Below, piece after piece: positions 44,225-55,200 of a stretch of 64,000 bases of DNA. The notes under the pieces are model-generated. The model did no database searches, had not been told where the DNA came from, and saw only the letters and a list, made by a program, of their open reading frames with translations. Positions within the stretch are counted from its first letter, which is position 1. The number at the start of each line of letters is the position of its first letter. Made by a program: the position numbers and the translations under genes. The stretch comes from Microcoleus sp. Lineage in GTDB: Bacteria; Cyanobacteriota; Cyanobacteriia; Cyanobacteriales; Microcoleaceae. The stretch covers positions 320,001 through 384,000 of the forward strand of contig JAYFMW010000006.1 of NCBI GenBank assembly GCA_042408215.1. The letters are read 5' to 3'.

Positions 44225-44450
44225 CTTACTCCTTCACTTCACACCACACACAGTCTCGATCATAAAGCCTCAAGACGCTTTGTTCGATCAAATAATGTTT
44301 CCAATACCCAATTTTTTAACGCAGTGGGGCAGAAGGAAGAAGGAACAGGGAAGAAGGAACAGGGAAGAAGGAACAAAGAAGAGGGAAAAAGGAAGAGAAT
44401 TCCCCAGGCACCAGGCACCATGCCCCATGCCCCATGCCCCATCTCCCCGT

Positions 44451-45626
44451 TTAACTCCCAGGCTGGGTAAAATCAAGTCCGTGGAATTCCTGATAGCACT
44501 GTTCCACAAAAGCTAGATAGCGCTGTTCAAAGACTTCTGGGGCAAACTGGGCGCTGTGGGCGCGCCCCATTTCTGGCTGAAATTTCCCTGACAACTGCTC
44601 AAATGCCTCCACAGTTTCCACTAATGCTGCTTCGGTTTGGTCAGCAAAAAATAAACCAGTCCCTGTCTTTGGGTGTTGGCGAATGTCGAGCACTGTTTCC
44701 AAGGCGCCGCCTCCTGCATAGGCAATTACCGGTGTTCCGCAAGCTTGAGCTTCTACTAAAGCTATGCCAAAATCTTCGCAAGCTGCATACACAAAAGCTT
44801 TTGCCTCGGCCATGTACTGTTCTACTACCTCTGTTGGCTGGTGGCCGAGGATTTGCACGTTGGGTTTGGCTATGTGCCGAATCATGTCTAACTCTGGCCC
44901 TGTACCGATTACGACCAGATTACGCCCCAATTTATTGAAGGCTTTGACGATTAAAGAGATTTTTTTGTAACTTACCAACCGGCAAACTGTCACGTAAAAA
45001 TCTTGTTTCTGCGGCAAGAAGGGAAATCGCTGAATATTGACCGGCGGATAAATCACCTCAGCGCGTCGCCGGTAACACCGCCAAATCCGGCGCGCTGTGT
45101 GTTGGGAGTTGGCGATGAAATAATCGACGCGGTTGGCGGAAATTGCGTCCCACTGGCGCAGTCGGTGCAGCAAATATCGCGTCAGCACCCCTGGGATGCC
45201 CCGTCCGGCTTTGCTATTGTGCAAATAGTCAAAAGTCAAGTCCCAGGCGTAACGCATGGGTGTGTGGCAGTAGCAGACGTGTAGTTGCCCTGGACTGCTG
45301 AGGATGCCTTTGGCGACGGCGTGGGAGGATGAGAGGATGATGTCATATTCGCGTAAATCTAGTTGTTCGATCGCGATCGGCAGCAAGGGCAAATATTTTT
45401 GAACACCGCTGCGGGCGAAGGGAAAGTGCTGCAAAAATGTTGTGCCAATCTGTCGTTTGAAAAGATAGCTTTCGGGATTGACTGATTCAAAGTCGATGAG
45501 GGCATAGACATCAGCGTCTATGTATTTGAGGATTTCCTGCACTACCAATTCTGAACCGCCAGTGGCTAAGGGCGTTAACCATTCGTGAACCAGGGCGTAT
45601 TTGAGTTTTTCCACAGCAGATTTCAA
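44451..45626 (-). CDS. Glycosyltransferase family 4
   Basis: VHEWL, CHTPMRYAWD and EDFGIALVEAQACG. Confidence 0.92.
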   Translation of the reverse strand: MKSAVEKLKYALVHEWLTPLATGGSELVVQEILKYIDADVYALIDFESVNPESYLFKRQIGTTFLQHFPFARSGVQKYLPLLPIAIEQLDLREYDIILSSSHAVAKGILSSPGQLHVCYCHTPMRYAWDLTFDYLHNSKAGRGIPGVLTRYLLHRLRQWDAISANRVDYFIANSQHTARRIWRCYRRRAEVIYPPVNIQRFPFLPQKQDFYVTVCRLVSYKKISLIVKAFNKLGRNLVVIGTGPELDMIRHIAKPNVQILGHQPTEVVEQYMAEAKAFVYAACEDFGIALVEAQACGTPVIAYAGGGALETVLDIRQHPKTGTGLFFADQTEAALVETVEAFEQLSGKFQPEMGRAHSAQFAPEVFEQRYLAFVEQCYQEFHGLDFTQPGS

Positions 45627-45873
45627 TGAACTTCCTCACCTAATCACAATTTTCGATATCCTAATCCTTGATTTACGGTAACAGTTGGCAGTTGGCAGTT
45701 GGCAGTTGGCAGTTGGCGTAGAAAATTCTCTCCCCCTCTCTGGCTCTCCCTTGTTTTGAAAATATGACTCTGCTTGTTGACAAGACTACTTTTAGGCTAA
45801 ATACTGAAGGGGATTTACGATCGCCCGGATCACAGATTTGGGCGATCGGCTCAATGTGGTGTGAGGTAAAAAT

Positions 45874-47967
45874 ATGTCCAGAATTTTGTGGAAAGGGTTC
45901 TTAGTCAGTCCCGCTGTATTGGCAGCAAGTTTGCTAGTGTCTTATACTGCCCTAGCAGCAGAGCCACCTGTCGAAATTTCGGTGGTCACGAAAGCAAATT
46001 ATTTGCAATTAGCAGATTCTGTAACTGAGGCAGTAAAGCCTGAACCCGATGCGGTGAAAGCGGAGCCAGTGTCACTAGCTAGCAACTCGACTATTGAAAC
46101 TATTGAAACTATTGAGAATCAAGAAGGGGCGATCGCTCCTATTGACCCGGTTGCAGAACAGGCAAAAGAACCGTCCAACACAGTTGCAGCAGCAGATTTA
46201 GCCGAAACGCCACCCGCAGCCGCACCGACGAGTTTAAGTGCCGAACAACCAGTCGCCGAACCCAGCAGCACAGTTGTACCAGCTAATTTAAGCGAAACGC
46301 CAGCTGCCGCCGCACCCAGTACCGCAGTTGTACCAGCTAATTTAAGTGCAGAAAAACCAGCAGCACAACCAGAGCAGATTTCCCAATCAACTCCTCTGAC
46401 TGTCGAATCTCAATCGCAGTCAAACTCTTTAGAGCAAATTAATCAGTACAGCGCCGAAGGTAGCGACGAAAGTGCTGCGGGCCAAGTAACCTCGGTTTCG
46501 CAACTGTCTGACGTGCGGCCTACAGATTGGGCGTTCCAAGCTTTGCAATCCCTAGTAGAGCGCTATGGCTGTATCGCTGGCTATCCTGACGGTACTTTCC
46601 GCGGCAACCGGGCGATGACTCGCTACGAGTTTGCGGCGGGTTTAAATGCGTGTTTGGATAAAGTGACAGAGCTAATTAAAGGTACAGGAAATCTGGCAAC
46701 TAAAGAAGATTTAGCTTCTATCCAAAGGTTGCAAGAAGAATTTGCCGCCGAATTGGCAACTTTGCGCGGCCGCGTAGATGCTCTGGAAGCGCGCACGGCT
46801 GAATTAGAAGCAAATCAGTTTTCGACTACTACTAAACTCAATGGCGAAGTGATATTCGCTTTGACAGGCATCGCTGGTGGAGATGATGCTAATGGTAACG
46901 CAGCCGATAAAACGACGGCTTTTGGCAGCAGGGTTCGTCTCAATTTCGACACGAGTTTCTCTGGCAAAGATTTGCTGAGAACTCGATTGCAAGTTTTAAA
47001 TTTGGGTTCGTTTTCTACTAATAATACGAACACTGCTGAAGGGGAATTGCGGTTTAATGCTGGGCCTTTTGGAACAGCTAGCAATACTGTAGCTCTAGAT
47101 GCGCTGCTTTATCAATTCCCGATCGGCAAAAGCACGACTGTAATTCTCGAAGCTAATGCCGGTGCTGCTGACGATTTCACCAATACTGTCAACCCATACT
47201 TTGACGGAGATGGTGGCAGCGGTGCTCTTTCTAACTTCGGTACTCGCAACCCGATTTACTATTTGATTGGCGGTTCTGGTATCGCCCTCAAACACCAGTT
47301 TGGGGAAAAAGTCGAACTGAGTTTGGGATATTTGGCCAGCAATGCTGCGAACCCGACGCGGGGAAATGGTTTGTTTAACGGCCCTTACGGCGGTTTGGCT
47401 CAGTTGACTTTTAAACCGAGCAGCAGCATCGCTTTAGGTTTAACTTACGTTAATTCCTACAACTTCGTCACGGGTACGGGCAGTAATGCTTCTAATTTCC
47501 CTCGTCTCGGTTCTTTCGGATTCGTTGGTAGCAGCGATCTGCCGGTTTCTAGCAATTCTTACGGCGCGGAGGCTTCGTGGCGATTGAACCGTGGATTTGC
47601 GATCGGCGGTTGGGCTGGTTACACCAATCAGCGCATTTTATCTAACTTGGCAACTTCTACCGGTTCTGTCCAGCGGGGAGACCAGAAAATCTGGAACTGG
47701 GCTGTTACTTTGGCTTTTCCCGATTTGTTGAAAGAGGGAAATGTGGGGGGAATTCTGGTAGGTATGGAACCGAGGGTGACGAGTTCTACTAATTCGACTT
47801 TACCGAAAGATAAGGATACTTCGCTGCACGTTGAAGGTTTTTATCAGTTTAAGTTGAGTGACAATATTTCGGTCACTCCTGGTTTAATTTGGCTGACTGC
47901 TCCCGACCACAATAACAAGAATTCCGATTTGGTGATTGGCGTGGTTAGGACGACTTTTACTTTCTAG
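45874..47967 (+). CDS. Cyanobacterial SLH-domain outer-membrane porin (OprB/Som family)
   Basis: QVTSVSQLSDVRPTDWAFQALQSLVERYGC SLH domain, QFSTTTKL and C-terminal RTTFTF. Confidence 0.94.
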   Translation: MSRILWKGFLVSPAVLAASLLVSYTALAAEPPVEISVVTKANYLQLADSVTEAVKPEPDAVKAEPVSLASNSTIETIETIENQEGAIAPIDPVAEQAKEPSNTVAAADLAETPPAAAPTSLSAEQPVAEPSSTVVPANLSETPAAAAPSTAVVPANLSAEKPAAQPEQISQSTPLTVESQSQSNSLEQINQYSAEGSDESAAGQVTSVSQLSDVRPTDWAFQALQSLVERYGCIAGYPDGTFRGNRAMTRYEFAAGLNACLDKVTELIKGTGNLATKEDLASIQRLQEEFAAELATLRGRVDALEARTAELEANQFSTTTKLNGEVIFALTGIAGGDDANGNAADKTTAFGSRVRLNFDTSFSGKDLLRTRLQVLNLGSFSTNNTNTAEGELRFNAGPFGTASNTVALDALLYQFPIGKSTTVILEANAGAADDFTNTVNPYFDGDGGSGALSNFGTRNPIYYLIGGSGIALKHQFGEKVELSLGYLASNAANPTRGNGLFNGPYGGLAQLTFKPSSSIALGLTYVNSYNFVTGTGSNASNFPRLGSFGFVGSSDLPVSSNSYGAEASWRLNRGFAIGGWAGYTNQRILSNLATSTGSVQRGDQKIWNWAVTLAFPDLLKEGNVGGILVGMEPRVTSSTNSTLPKDKDTSLHVEGFYQFKLSDNISVTPGLIWLTAPDHNNKNSDLVIGVVRTTFTF

Positions 47968-48183
47968 GTTGGCTGGGCTGATGATAGCCTTTCGTCTGCT
48001 CAAAAATGGCGATCGCATTCTGGCATAAAACTTTGGGTTTGACTCAATAATTTATTGCCAAAATGCGAGATAAGTAAGCCCATATTAAAAAACAGAATCC
48101 CCAGCTCCCCGAATTCTTTAAGAAGTCTGGTATCTATTTTTGATGGGTTATTTTAGATGGGTTATTTGTTATTTTAGGACTTA

Positions 48184-48291
48184 GATCAAATCCGTTGGTA
48201 TCGGAATTATTCATCTCTCTCTTCTGGAGACTCAGCGCCCTAGAAGAGCCCTAGAAGAGTTTAATCATTCAGAAACAACCGTAAACGATAT
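48184..48291. mobile_element. TA-targeting MITE inserted into an AGGACTTACGCA repeat end
   Basis: AGGACTTA|GATCAAATCCG...GTAAACGATAT|TACGCAC with TA duplicated; homologous to 13931-14035. Confidence 0.55.
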
Positions 48292-48406
48292 TACGCACAG
48301 ACTCTATTTGTAGGGTGCTTAGGGGCGCACCAAACTAATTACAAACCTGATAGAATTGGGCTATAGTGAAAAGCACAAACAAGCTCAAAATTAGCTGCGA
48401 TCGAGA

Positions 48407-50200
48407 ATGATCAAATTTTTAGGATTACTTGTGTTGGGGATGATCTTGGCGATCGCCTCTGTAGCTGTGGCTGCTCAACCTTTGTTTGTGGCTTATCCTC
48501 CCGCTAACCACCAAACGACAGCCTCGCGCATCTTTTTAATCGGCACAGCACCCGCAACGGGAGATGTTTCGGTAAATGGCAACCGGATTTCGCGCACCGC
48601 AGTCGGTCATTTTGCCCCAAGTTTTCCCCTACAAATCGGAGAAAATCTCTTTACATTGCGTTACGAAAATCAGGAAGTCAAAATTCAGGTAAAGCGGCAG
48701 TCGAATCAGCCGGAAGTGCCTGTAGGATTGGCTTTTGCTAAAGATTCCCTGACTCCGAAAGTGGATCTGGCGAGTTTACCGGGGGAATATATCTGTTTTG
48801 GGGCGATCGCACCTGTGAATGCTGAGGTTTCGGTAAAATTGGCTGGGCTTACTATTCCTTTAAAAGCGCGATCGCAAGTCGAACTACCAGATAATAAATC
48901 TGTCTTGTTAGGGGAAAATTCCCCGATTAAAAAAGGTGGCAGCGAACAATATCAAGGCTGTGCTAAAACTCCCGCCAACTCCCAGCTACCTAACAGCAAA
49001 AAAGTAGATTTAGGAGTGCCATTGTTTGAGCTAACAATGAACGATCAAACTATCAGCCAGGAGGGTAATGGCAAGATTTCTATTCTCTCTCCGGCAGAGT
49101 TAGAAGTAGCAGAAGTGACAGCAGAAGCGGGTGTTGCCAGAACCGGGGCGAGTACGGATTTTTCTCGGATGACACCGCTGCCCAAGGGAACGCGAGCAAC
49201 AATTACTGGACGCGAAGGAGAATGGATTCGACTAGATTACGGTGCTTGGATTAAAGCATCAGAAGTGCAAATTGTCAAGGATGCAGTGCCTCCGCGATCG
49301 ATTATTCGCAGCGCGCGATCGCGCCAAGTTCCCGGTTGGACAGAGGTATTATTCCCCTTAGAAATACCCGTCCCTGTCACCGTCCAGTCAGGAGAAAAAA
49401 CTTTCACTTTAACACTGTACAATACTACCGCTCAAACTGACATTATTCGCCTCGATGATGACCCCGTAATTTCACGTTTGGCATGGCAACAAATATCGCC
49501 GCTGCAAGTACAATACACTTTTAATCTCAAATCGGCTCAGCAGTGGGGTTATAAGTTGAGATATGATGGCACAACTTTAGTGCTGTCTCTAAAGCATCCC
49601 CCAGTTAGATCGGGCAAGATGCCCGATCCACAAAAACAGCCGCTGTCAGGAATTAAAATACTTTTAGATCCTGGACATGGTGGGCCGCAGGATTCAGGTG
49701 CAGTGAGTCCAACTGGAATTAGGGAGAAAACAGTGGCTTTAATTGTGTCTAAATTGGTGCGGGAAGAGTTGGTAAATCGGGGTGCGAATGTGGTAATGAC
49801 GCGGGTGGAAGATGTGGATTTGGATTTGCCGCCAAGGGTTGAGATGATTCAAAAAGAAGCACCGGCGATCGCAATTTCTATTCATTACAATGCTTTGCCC
49901 GATAACGGCGACGCGATTAATACTAAAGGAGTTGGTGCTTTTTGGTTTCACCCGCAAGCGCACAGTTTAGCAATGTTTTTGCACAATTATTTAGTTGCTA
50001 AATTGAACCGTCCGAGCTATGGTGTATTCTGGAACAACCTAGCAATGACTCGTCCAGCCGTTGCTCCATCTGTTTTAATGGAATTGGGATTTATGATTAA
50101 TCCCGAGGAGTTTGAATGGATTGTGAACCAGACAGAACAGAAGAAGTTAGCAGAGGCGATCGCCCAAGGTATTACCGAATGGTTTGCCTCTGTTCAATAA
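48407..50200 (+). CDS. N-acetylmuramoyl-L-alanine amidase (Amidase_3)
   Basis: LDPGHGG, ISIHYNA and PSVLMELGF; signal peptide. Confidence 0.92.
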   Translation: MIKFLGLLVLGMILAIASVAVAAQPLFVAYPPANHQTTASRIFLIGTAPATGDVSVNGNRISRTAVGHFAPSFPLQIGENLFTLRYENQEVKIQVKRQSNQPEVPVGLAFAKDSLTPKVDLASLPGEYICFGAIAPVNAEVSVKLAGLTIPLKARSQVELPDNKSVLLGENSPIKKGGSEQYQGCAKTPANSQLPNSKKVDLGVPLFELTMNDQTISQEGNGKISILSPAELEVAEVTAEAGVARTGASTDFSRMTPLPKGTRATITGREGEWIRLDYGAWIKASEVQIVKDAVPPRSIIRSARSRQVPGWTEVLFPLEIPVPVTVQSGEKTFTLTLYNTTAQTDIIRLDDDPVISRLAWQQISPLQVQYTFNLKSAQQWGYKLRYDGTTLVLSLKHPPVRSGKMPDPQKQPLSGIKILLDPGHGGPQDSGAVSPTGIREKTVALIVSKLVREELVNRGANVVMTRVEDVDLDLPPRVEMIQKEAPAIAISIHYNALPDNGDAINTKGVGAFWFHPQAHSLAMFLHNYLVAKLNRPSYGVFWNNLAMTRPAVAPSVLMELGFMINPEEFEWIVNQTEQKKLAEAIAQGITEWFASVQ

Positions 50201-50253
50201 CAGACAGTTCGTAGTCATGACTTTAGTCCTGTAAAAACAAGGAGATTCAATAG

Positions 50254-50649
50254 ATGCTGAATTTTAGTCAATGTAAAGCGTTATTCATTGCAGCCGCGAT
50301 CGCAAGTTTTAGTTTCTCTCTTGTCAGTTATCCAGTTTTCGGCAAAGAGCAAACTCTTGCGCCGGAAAAAGTAGAAGCTTTAAAACAGCAAACTAAATGC
50401 TCTTTTATTAACGTCAAAAGCGGTCGTGTTAACATTCGTAAAGGCCCTGGCAATCAGTACCCAGTTGTTGTTAAACTGAAAAGAGGAGACGGAGTTAGGG
50501 CTGTTAGCCGACAAGGCAATTGGGTGAAAATTGCGGCTAGATTTACTGGGAATCCTCCCAATGAAAGTTTTGTACTCCTTGACGGTTGGGTGAACAATCA
50601 ATATATTAATGGTTGTTCGGAAGATCAATTTGATATGTGGCGGAAATAG
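50254..50649 (+). CDS. SH3b-domain secreted protein
   Basis: VNIRKGPG...GNWVKI...GWV. Confidence 0.85.
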   Translation: MLNFSQCKALFIAAAIASFSFSLVSYPVFGKEQTLAPEKVEALKQQTKCSFINVKSGRVNIRKGPGNQYPVVVKLKRGDGVRAVSRQGNWVKIAARFTGNPPNESFVLLDGWVNNQYINGCSEDQFDMWRK

Positions 50650-50670
50650 CGAATTTCGTAGTAGGGGCGG

Positions 50671-50924
50671 GTCTGACGAGATTGTCGATTATTGACAATA
50701 ATTGTTGGTGAAACCCGCCCCGACAATTATGGGGAAAATGTACATTCTGATTTACCGTTGGGTGGGGGCGGGTTTACGAGATTGTCGATTATTCACAATT
50801 ATTGTTGGTGAAACCCGCCCCGACAATTCTGGGGAAAATGTACATTCTGATTTACCGTTGGGTGGGGGCGGGTTTGAGAGATTGTCGATTATTCACAATT
50901 ATTGTTGGTGAAACCCGCCCCTAC
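50671..50924. repeat. Tandem ~100-bp REP doublet repeat (2.5 units)
   Basis: GTAGGGGCGGGT...GAAACCCGCCCC(G/T)AC units with near-identical linkers. Confidence 0.9.
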
Positions 50925-51051
50925 GAGATCATGGTAAAATGTAGGCCGATCGCCAGCAACACAACCTCCTTGTTGCTATGAAAATTCCTACTTTTTCTAA
51001 CTTAGTCGCCGGAGTTGCTCTTAAACTTCCCCTGCGAACAGTCCTGATTGT

Positions 51052-51240
51052 CCGCTCTGAAAAACTTACCCAAAACCAGACAAACCCCGACAAACCGGAG
51101 ATTAAATAGTTTTAGTGTTTTCTTCCTGCTTCTCACGGTCGGTAATCCGATCCCATCCACAGGCCGATCGCCCGTAAGCTACGGGCTGTACAAGGAAAGT
51201 TTTAAAACTCTTAAACCTTCGTATTTTAAATTAACGGCGG
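51052..51240 (-). ncRNA. Putative TnpB omegaRNA scaffold at the IS607 right end
   Basis: Position overlapping the tnpB 3' end through the right end; hairpin GCCCGTAGCTTACGGGC. Inferred from family architecture. Confidence 0.55.
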
Positions 51241-52298
51241 CATTTTCATCTCTATCTTGGACATGACCACAGTTTTCACACTTATATATTCTATCAGCAA
51301 GAGTCAAATCTTGTTTATGTCCACAATTAGAACATGATTTAGAAGACGGATACCAGCGGTCAACTATTACTAAATGTGAACCATACAACTGGCATTTATA
51401 TTCCAACTGTCTTCGGAATTCAAACAAACCTAAATCGGCTATAGCGCGAAGCTCATTTAGGGTTTTTCAGCATCCCTTTAACGTTTAAATCTTCAATACA
51501 GATCGCATCAAAAGTTTTGGCCAGCCATGTAGTTAATTTGTGCAGATAGTCTTTTCTGATATTCGCAACGTGCGAATGAAACCGTCCTAATTTAATCTTT
51601 GCTTCCTGATAAGATCCGGTTCCTTTTTGCTGGCGACTAAGTGACCGAGATAATTGTCTAAGTCTTCCTAGAGCCGCTTTCAAAGGTTTTATATTGGGGA
51701 TAACTTGACCATTGCTCAACGTAGCCAGTGATTTAATTCCCAGATCAACACCTACAACTTCGATTGGTTCTCTCATTGGCTGTGACGGTGTTTCTCTCTT
51801 GAAACTTACAAACCACTTATCTGCTTTTTTACTAATGGTGAAACTTTTAACTTTTCCCAAAGCTGGTAATTTCTCAAAAGTTCTGACCTTACCAATATTA
51901 GGAATCTGTACCCAAGTAGAACCCACAATTGTGGAACCATCACAAGTAAAACTATCGTTAAATCCTTTCTTTTTGAAGTTGGGAAATCCCTTTTCTGGTT
52001 GTTTAAAGAAATTGTTTAAAGCATCTCTAACATGGCGGGTAGCATAATTATGACATCCTTTCGACACTTCATAAGTCCAAGGGTTTTCTGATTTTACCTC
52101 AGCCGTAAATCGCTTATTCAGATCTATGGCAGTTGGTAATTTAATTTGGTTTTCTGGTTGAGTTTTATGATGTTCTAAGCTGGTAATTAAAACTTGAAGT
52201 CCCCAATTATAAGCATATCTAGCTACCCCTGCTGATTTAGCCAGCAAAGTACGTTGTTTATTGTTGGGGTTAAGTTCGGTTTTAAAACCTAGCAGCAT
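51179..52298 (-). pseudogene. tnpB: TnpB (RNA-guided nuclease) pseudogene
   Basis: HTH, VGVDLG, IEDLN, Zn finger CSNCG...CENCG and DRDENAA. TGA plus one extra base at ~51448-51455 breaks the expected PKLARAIADLG. Confidence 0.88.
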
Positions 52299-55200
52299 TT
52301 TACGAACTGTCAAAGCGAATGCTAATTTCAGTTTAATGATTATATCATGCTTTGTCAATCAACTATAAATGTGTTCTCGTAGCTGGGTCGGAAAAAGTCC
52401 AGAATGTCTGGGTAATTTACGTCCTGGACAATACCCCTTCGTTGTGCAAATTGTAGGGATGGTGGGTTTGGTGGGCTATCTCTCGTATAAAAACGGACAA
52501 CAGGCAGTTGAAGACTTAGCTTATCAGTTAATCGGTGAGGTGAACGGGCGTGTTGAGGAAAATCTGCAAAATTACCTGGATGTCCCCAAGCACATTAATC
52601 AAAGCCATGCAGCAGCCATTCGCACAAGGGTTTTGGACTGGAAAAATTTTTTGACTTTAGAAGGCTACTTCGCACAGCAACTACAAATCTATCCCACGGT
52701 TACTAATATGGCGATCGCCACTGAGCAAAAAGAATTCCTCGCCGTAGAGAAATCATTGGTAAGTGATTCTTTGACGATCCGAGTGATGGACAAATCTACG
52801 GATCGCGCCTTTCACAGCTATGCTGCCGATCGTCAAGGTAAGCGAATTAAGCTAACAAAAGTTAGACATGACTACGATCCGCATCACGATCCACCTAAAG
52901 GTCGTCCCTGGTATCAAGCCACGCAGGAGGCGGGTCAATCAATTTGGCTTCCAGTTGTTAATCTATCACAGGGAGTCGATCGTCCCATATTGACGATTGT
53001 TAACTTTTTGCCGTTTGATGATCCAGATGGCAATTTTCAGGGAGTTTTGGCCGCCGCCTTTTATCTGCCTCACTTTGCTAGTTTTCTAGATAGTTTGGAA
53101 GTTGGACGGACAGGGCAGGTATTCATTATCGATCGCCAAGGGTTACTCATTGCGAGTTCCACAGGCGAGACACCATTTAAGCAAAAAATGGATTCAGATT
53201 ATCTGAAAAATTTGAATCCTCAAGAGTGGAGATTGCTAGCTCAAAACAGTAATAATCCCCTCACTCAGGCCTCCGTGAATTTTCTGTTGACTCAGGTTAA
53301 TAACTTCCCGAAAATTGAGCAAAAGAAAAAATTAGATTTTGACTTTCACCACAATCGCTATTTCTTACAGGTGAGCCCAATCTCGGAAAAATCCGAGTTG
53401 GATTGGTTGATTGTCGCAGTCGTTTCCGAAGCCGACTTCATGACGCAAATCAATGGGAATACTGGCACGACTATCCTGCTGTGTATCGCGGCATTAATCG
53501 GGTCTATAACTATTGGCATTATTACCGCTAGTTGGATTACTAAACCAATTCTTCGCATTTAAATACTGCTGCCAAAGATATTGCTAAGGGAGAGTGGGAT
53601 CAACCTTTAGAAATTAAGCGCGCTGATGAATTGGGACAATTAGCAAAGACGTTTAATCAGATGTCGGCTCAACTGCAACAATCCTTTGGCGAACTTCAAT
53701 CCTTGAATGAAGCCTTAGTGCAGAGCGAGAGCAAACTGAATCAAATTCTGGAAGCGATGCCAGTGGGGGTAGCAGTTCACGATCTTACTGGACAAATAAT
53801 CTACGTCAATCAGATCGCCAAACAGTTACTGGAAATCAACGAAACTGTACCGGAAGCTAAAACCGAGCAATTGGCAGCGACTTATCACATTTATCTGGCA
53901 GAAACCGAGCTATTCTATCCGGCAGAAAATCTGCCAATTGTGCGTTCTCTTAAGGGCGAACGGGTGAGGGTTGATGACCTGGAAATTCGTTGGCAGGAGC
54001 AGATATTTTCCGCAGAAGTCTACAGTAGGCCGCTGTTCGATGAAAAAGGGGAAATTGTCGGAGCAATTGCCGCTTTTGCTGACATCACAGAACGCAAACA
54101 AGCTGAAAAAATCTTAGCCGATTACAATCGCACCTTAGAAGCCAAAGTTACAGAACGCACTGCCGAGTTAGCCCGGACTAACTCTCAATTAGAAGAGGAA
54201 ATTTGCGATCGCAAACAAGCAGAAATCTCCCTGGAAGCAGCCAAAGAAGCCGCCGAAGCCGCATCCCTTGCCAAAAGCACATTTTTAGCAAATATGAGCC
54301 ACGAACTGCGAACTCCCCTCAACGGCATTATGGGCTACGCGCAAATCCTGCAACGAGACAAAAACTGCAACTCCCAGCAACACAAAGATGTTGATATTAT
54401 CTACCAGTGCAGCGAACATTTACTAACGCTGATTAACGACATTTTAGGCTTGTCTAAAATCGAAGCCAACCAAGTCGAACTTTACCCAGAAACGTTTAAT
54501 TTTTCCGCCTTCCTGCAAGGATTGTCAGAGATTTTCAGCCTCAAAGCACAGCAAAAATCAATTTATTTTGCCTACCCGAATCTTGCTCCACTGCCCAAGA
54601 GGGTGTATGCTGATGAAAAGCGACTGCGCCAAATTTTAATGAACCTGCTTTCCAATGCTATCAAATTTACTGATGTCGGTAGCGTTACTTTCAAAGTGGA
54701 GGTCATTGGTAATAGGTCATCGGTAATAGCTAAGGCGGAAGCAGACACGGAGATACAGAGACATCAAACCACAATAAATCAATCAGAAAATTTCTCTACC
54801 TACCCAAATCTTCCCAATTACCAGCCACCAATTACCAGTCACCAATTACCAATTACCAAAATCCGTTTTCAAATAGAAGATACAGGATTTGGTATCCCAG
54901 CAGAAAACTTAGAAAAAATATTTTTACCCTTCGAGCAAGTGGGAGATGTTTCTCGCCGAACAGAAGGGACTGGGTTGGGATTGGCCATTACTCAGAGGCT
55001 CATCTATTTAATGGAAAGTAAAATTTTTGTCGAGAGCAATCCGGGAGTGGGCAGCAAATTTTGGTTTGATTTTGACTTGCAAGTTGCCTCAGATTTAACA
55101 GATTCAACCCCTGTCAAATCAACGGATATAGCTATCGGCTATCAAGGTAAAAAAACGCAAATCCTGGTAGTCGATGACAACTGGGAAAATGGCTCCGTTA

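Larger units (their letters stand above)
51052..52433 (-). mobile_element. IS607-family non-autonomous element (tnpB only)
   Basis: Both junctions share a CC/GG dinucleotide with no longer TSD; right end ...TTTTCAGAGCGG; short subterminal direct repeats; no serine recombinase ORF. Confidence 0.82.

Noticed and set aside
50671..50924. Possible CRISPR or guide array next to tnpB
   Set aside because: The linkers are identical, the ends are REP-type GTAG/CTAC, and the array lies outside the IS boundary.
51052..52433. IStron (IS607 plus group I intron) that would splice out of the kinase mRNA
   Set aside because: Only ~135 bp lies upstream of tnpB, too little for a ribozyme core, and the element is antisense to the host gene.
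52369..52434. N-terminus MCSRSWVG... of the 397-aa ORF
   Set aside because: It derives from the IS left end; the true kinase start is at 50978.
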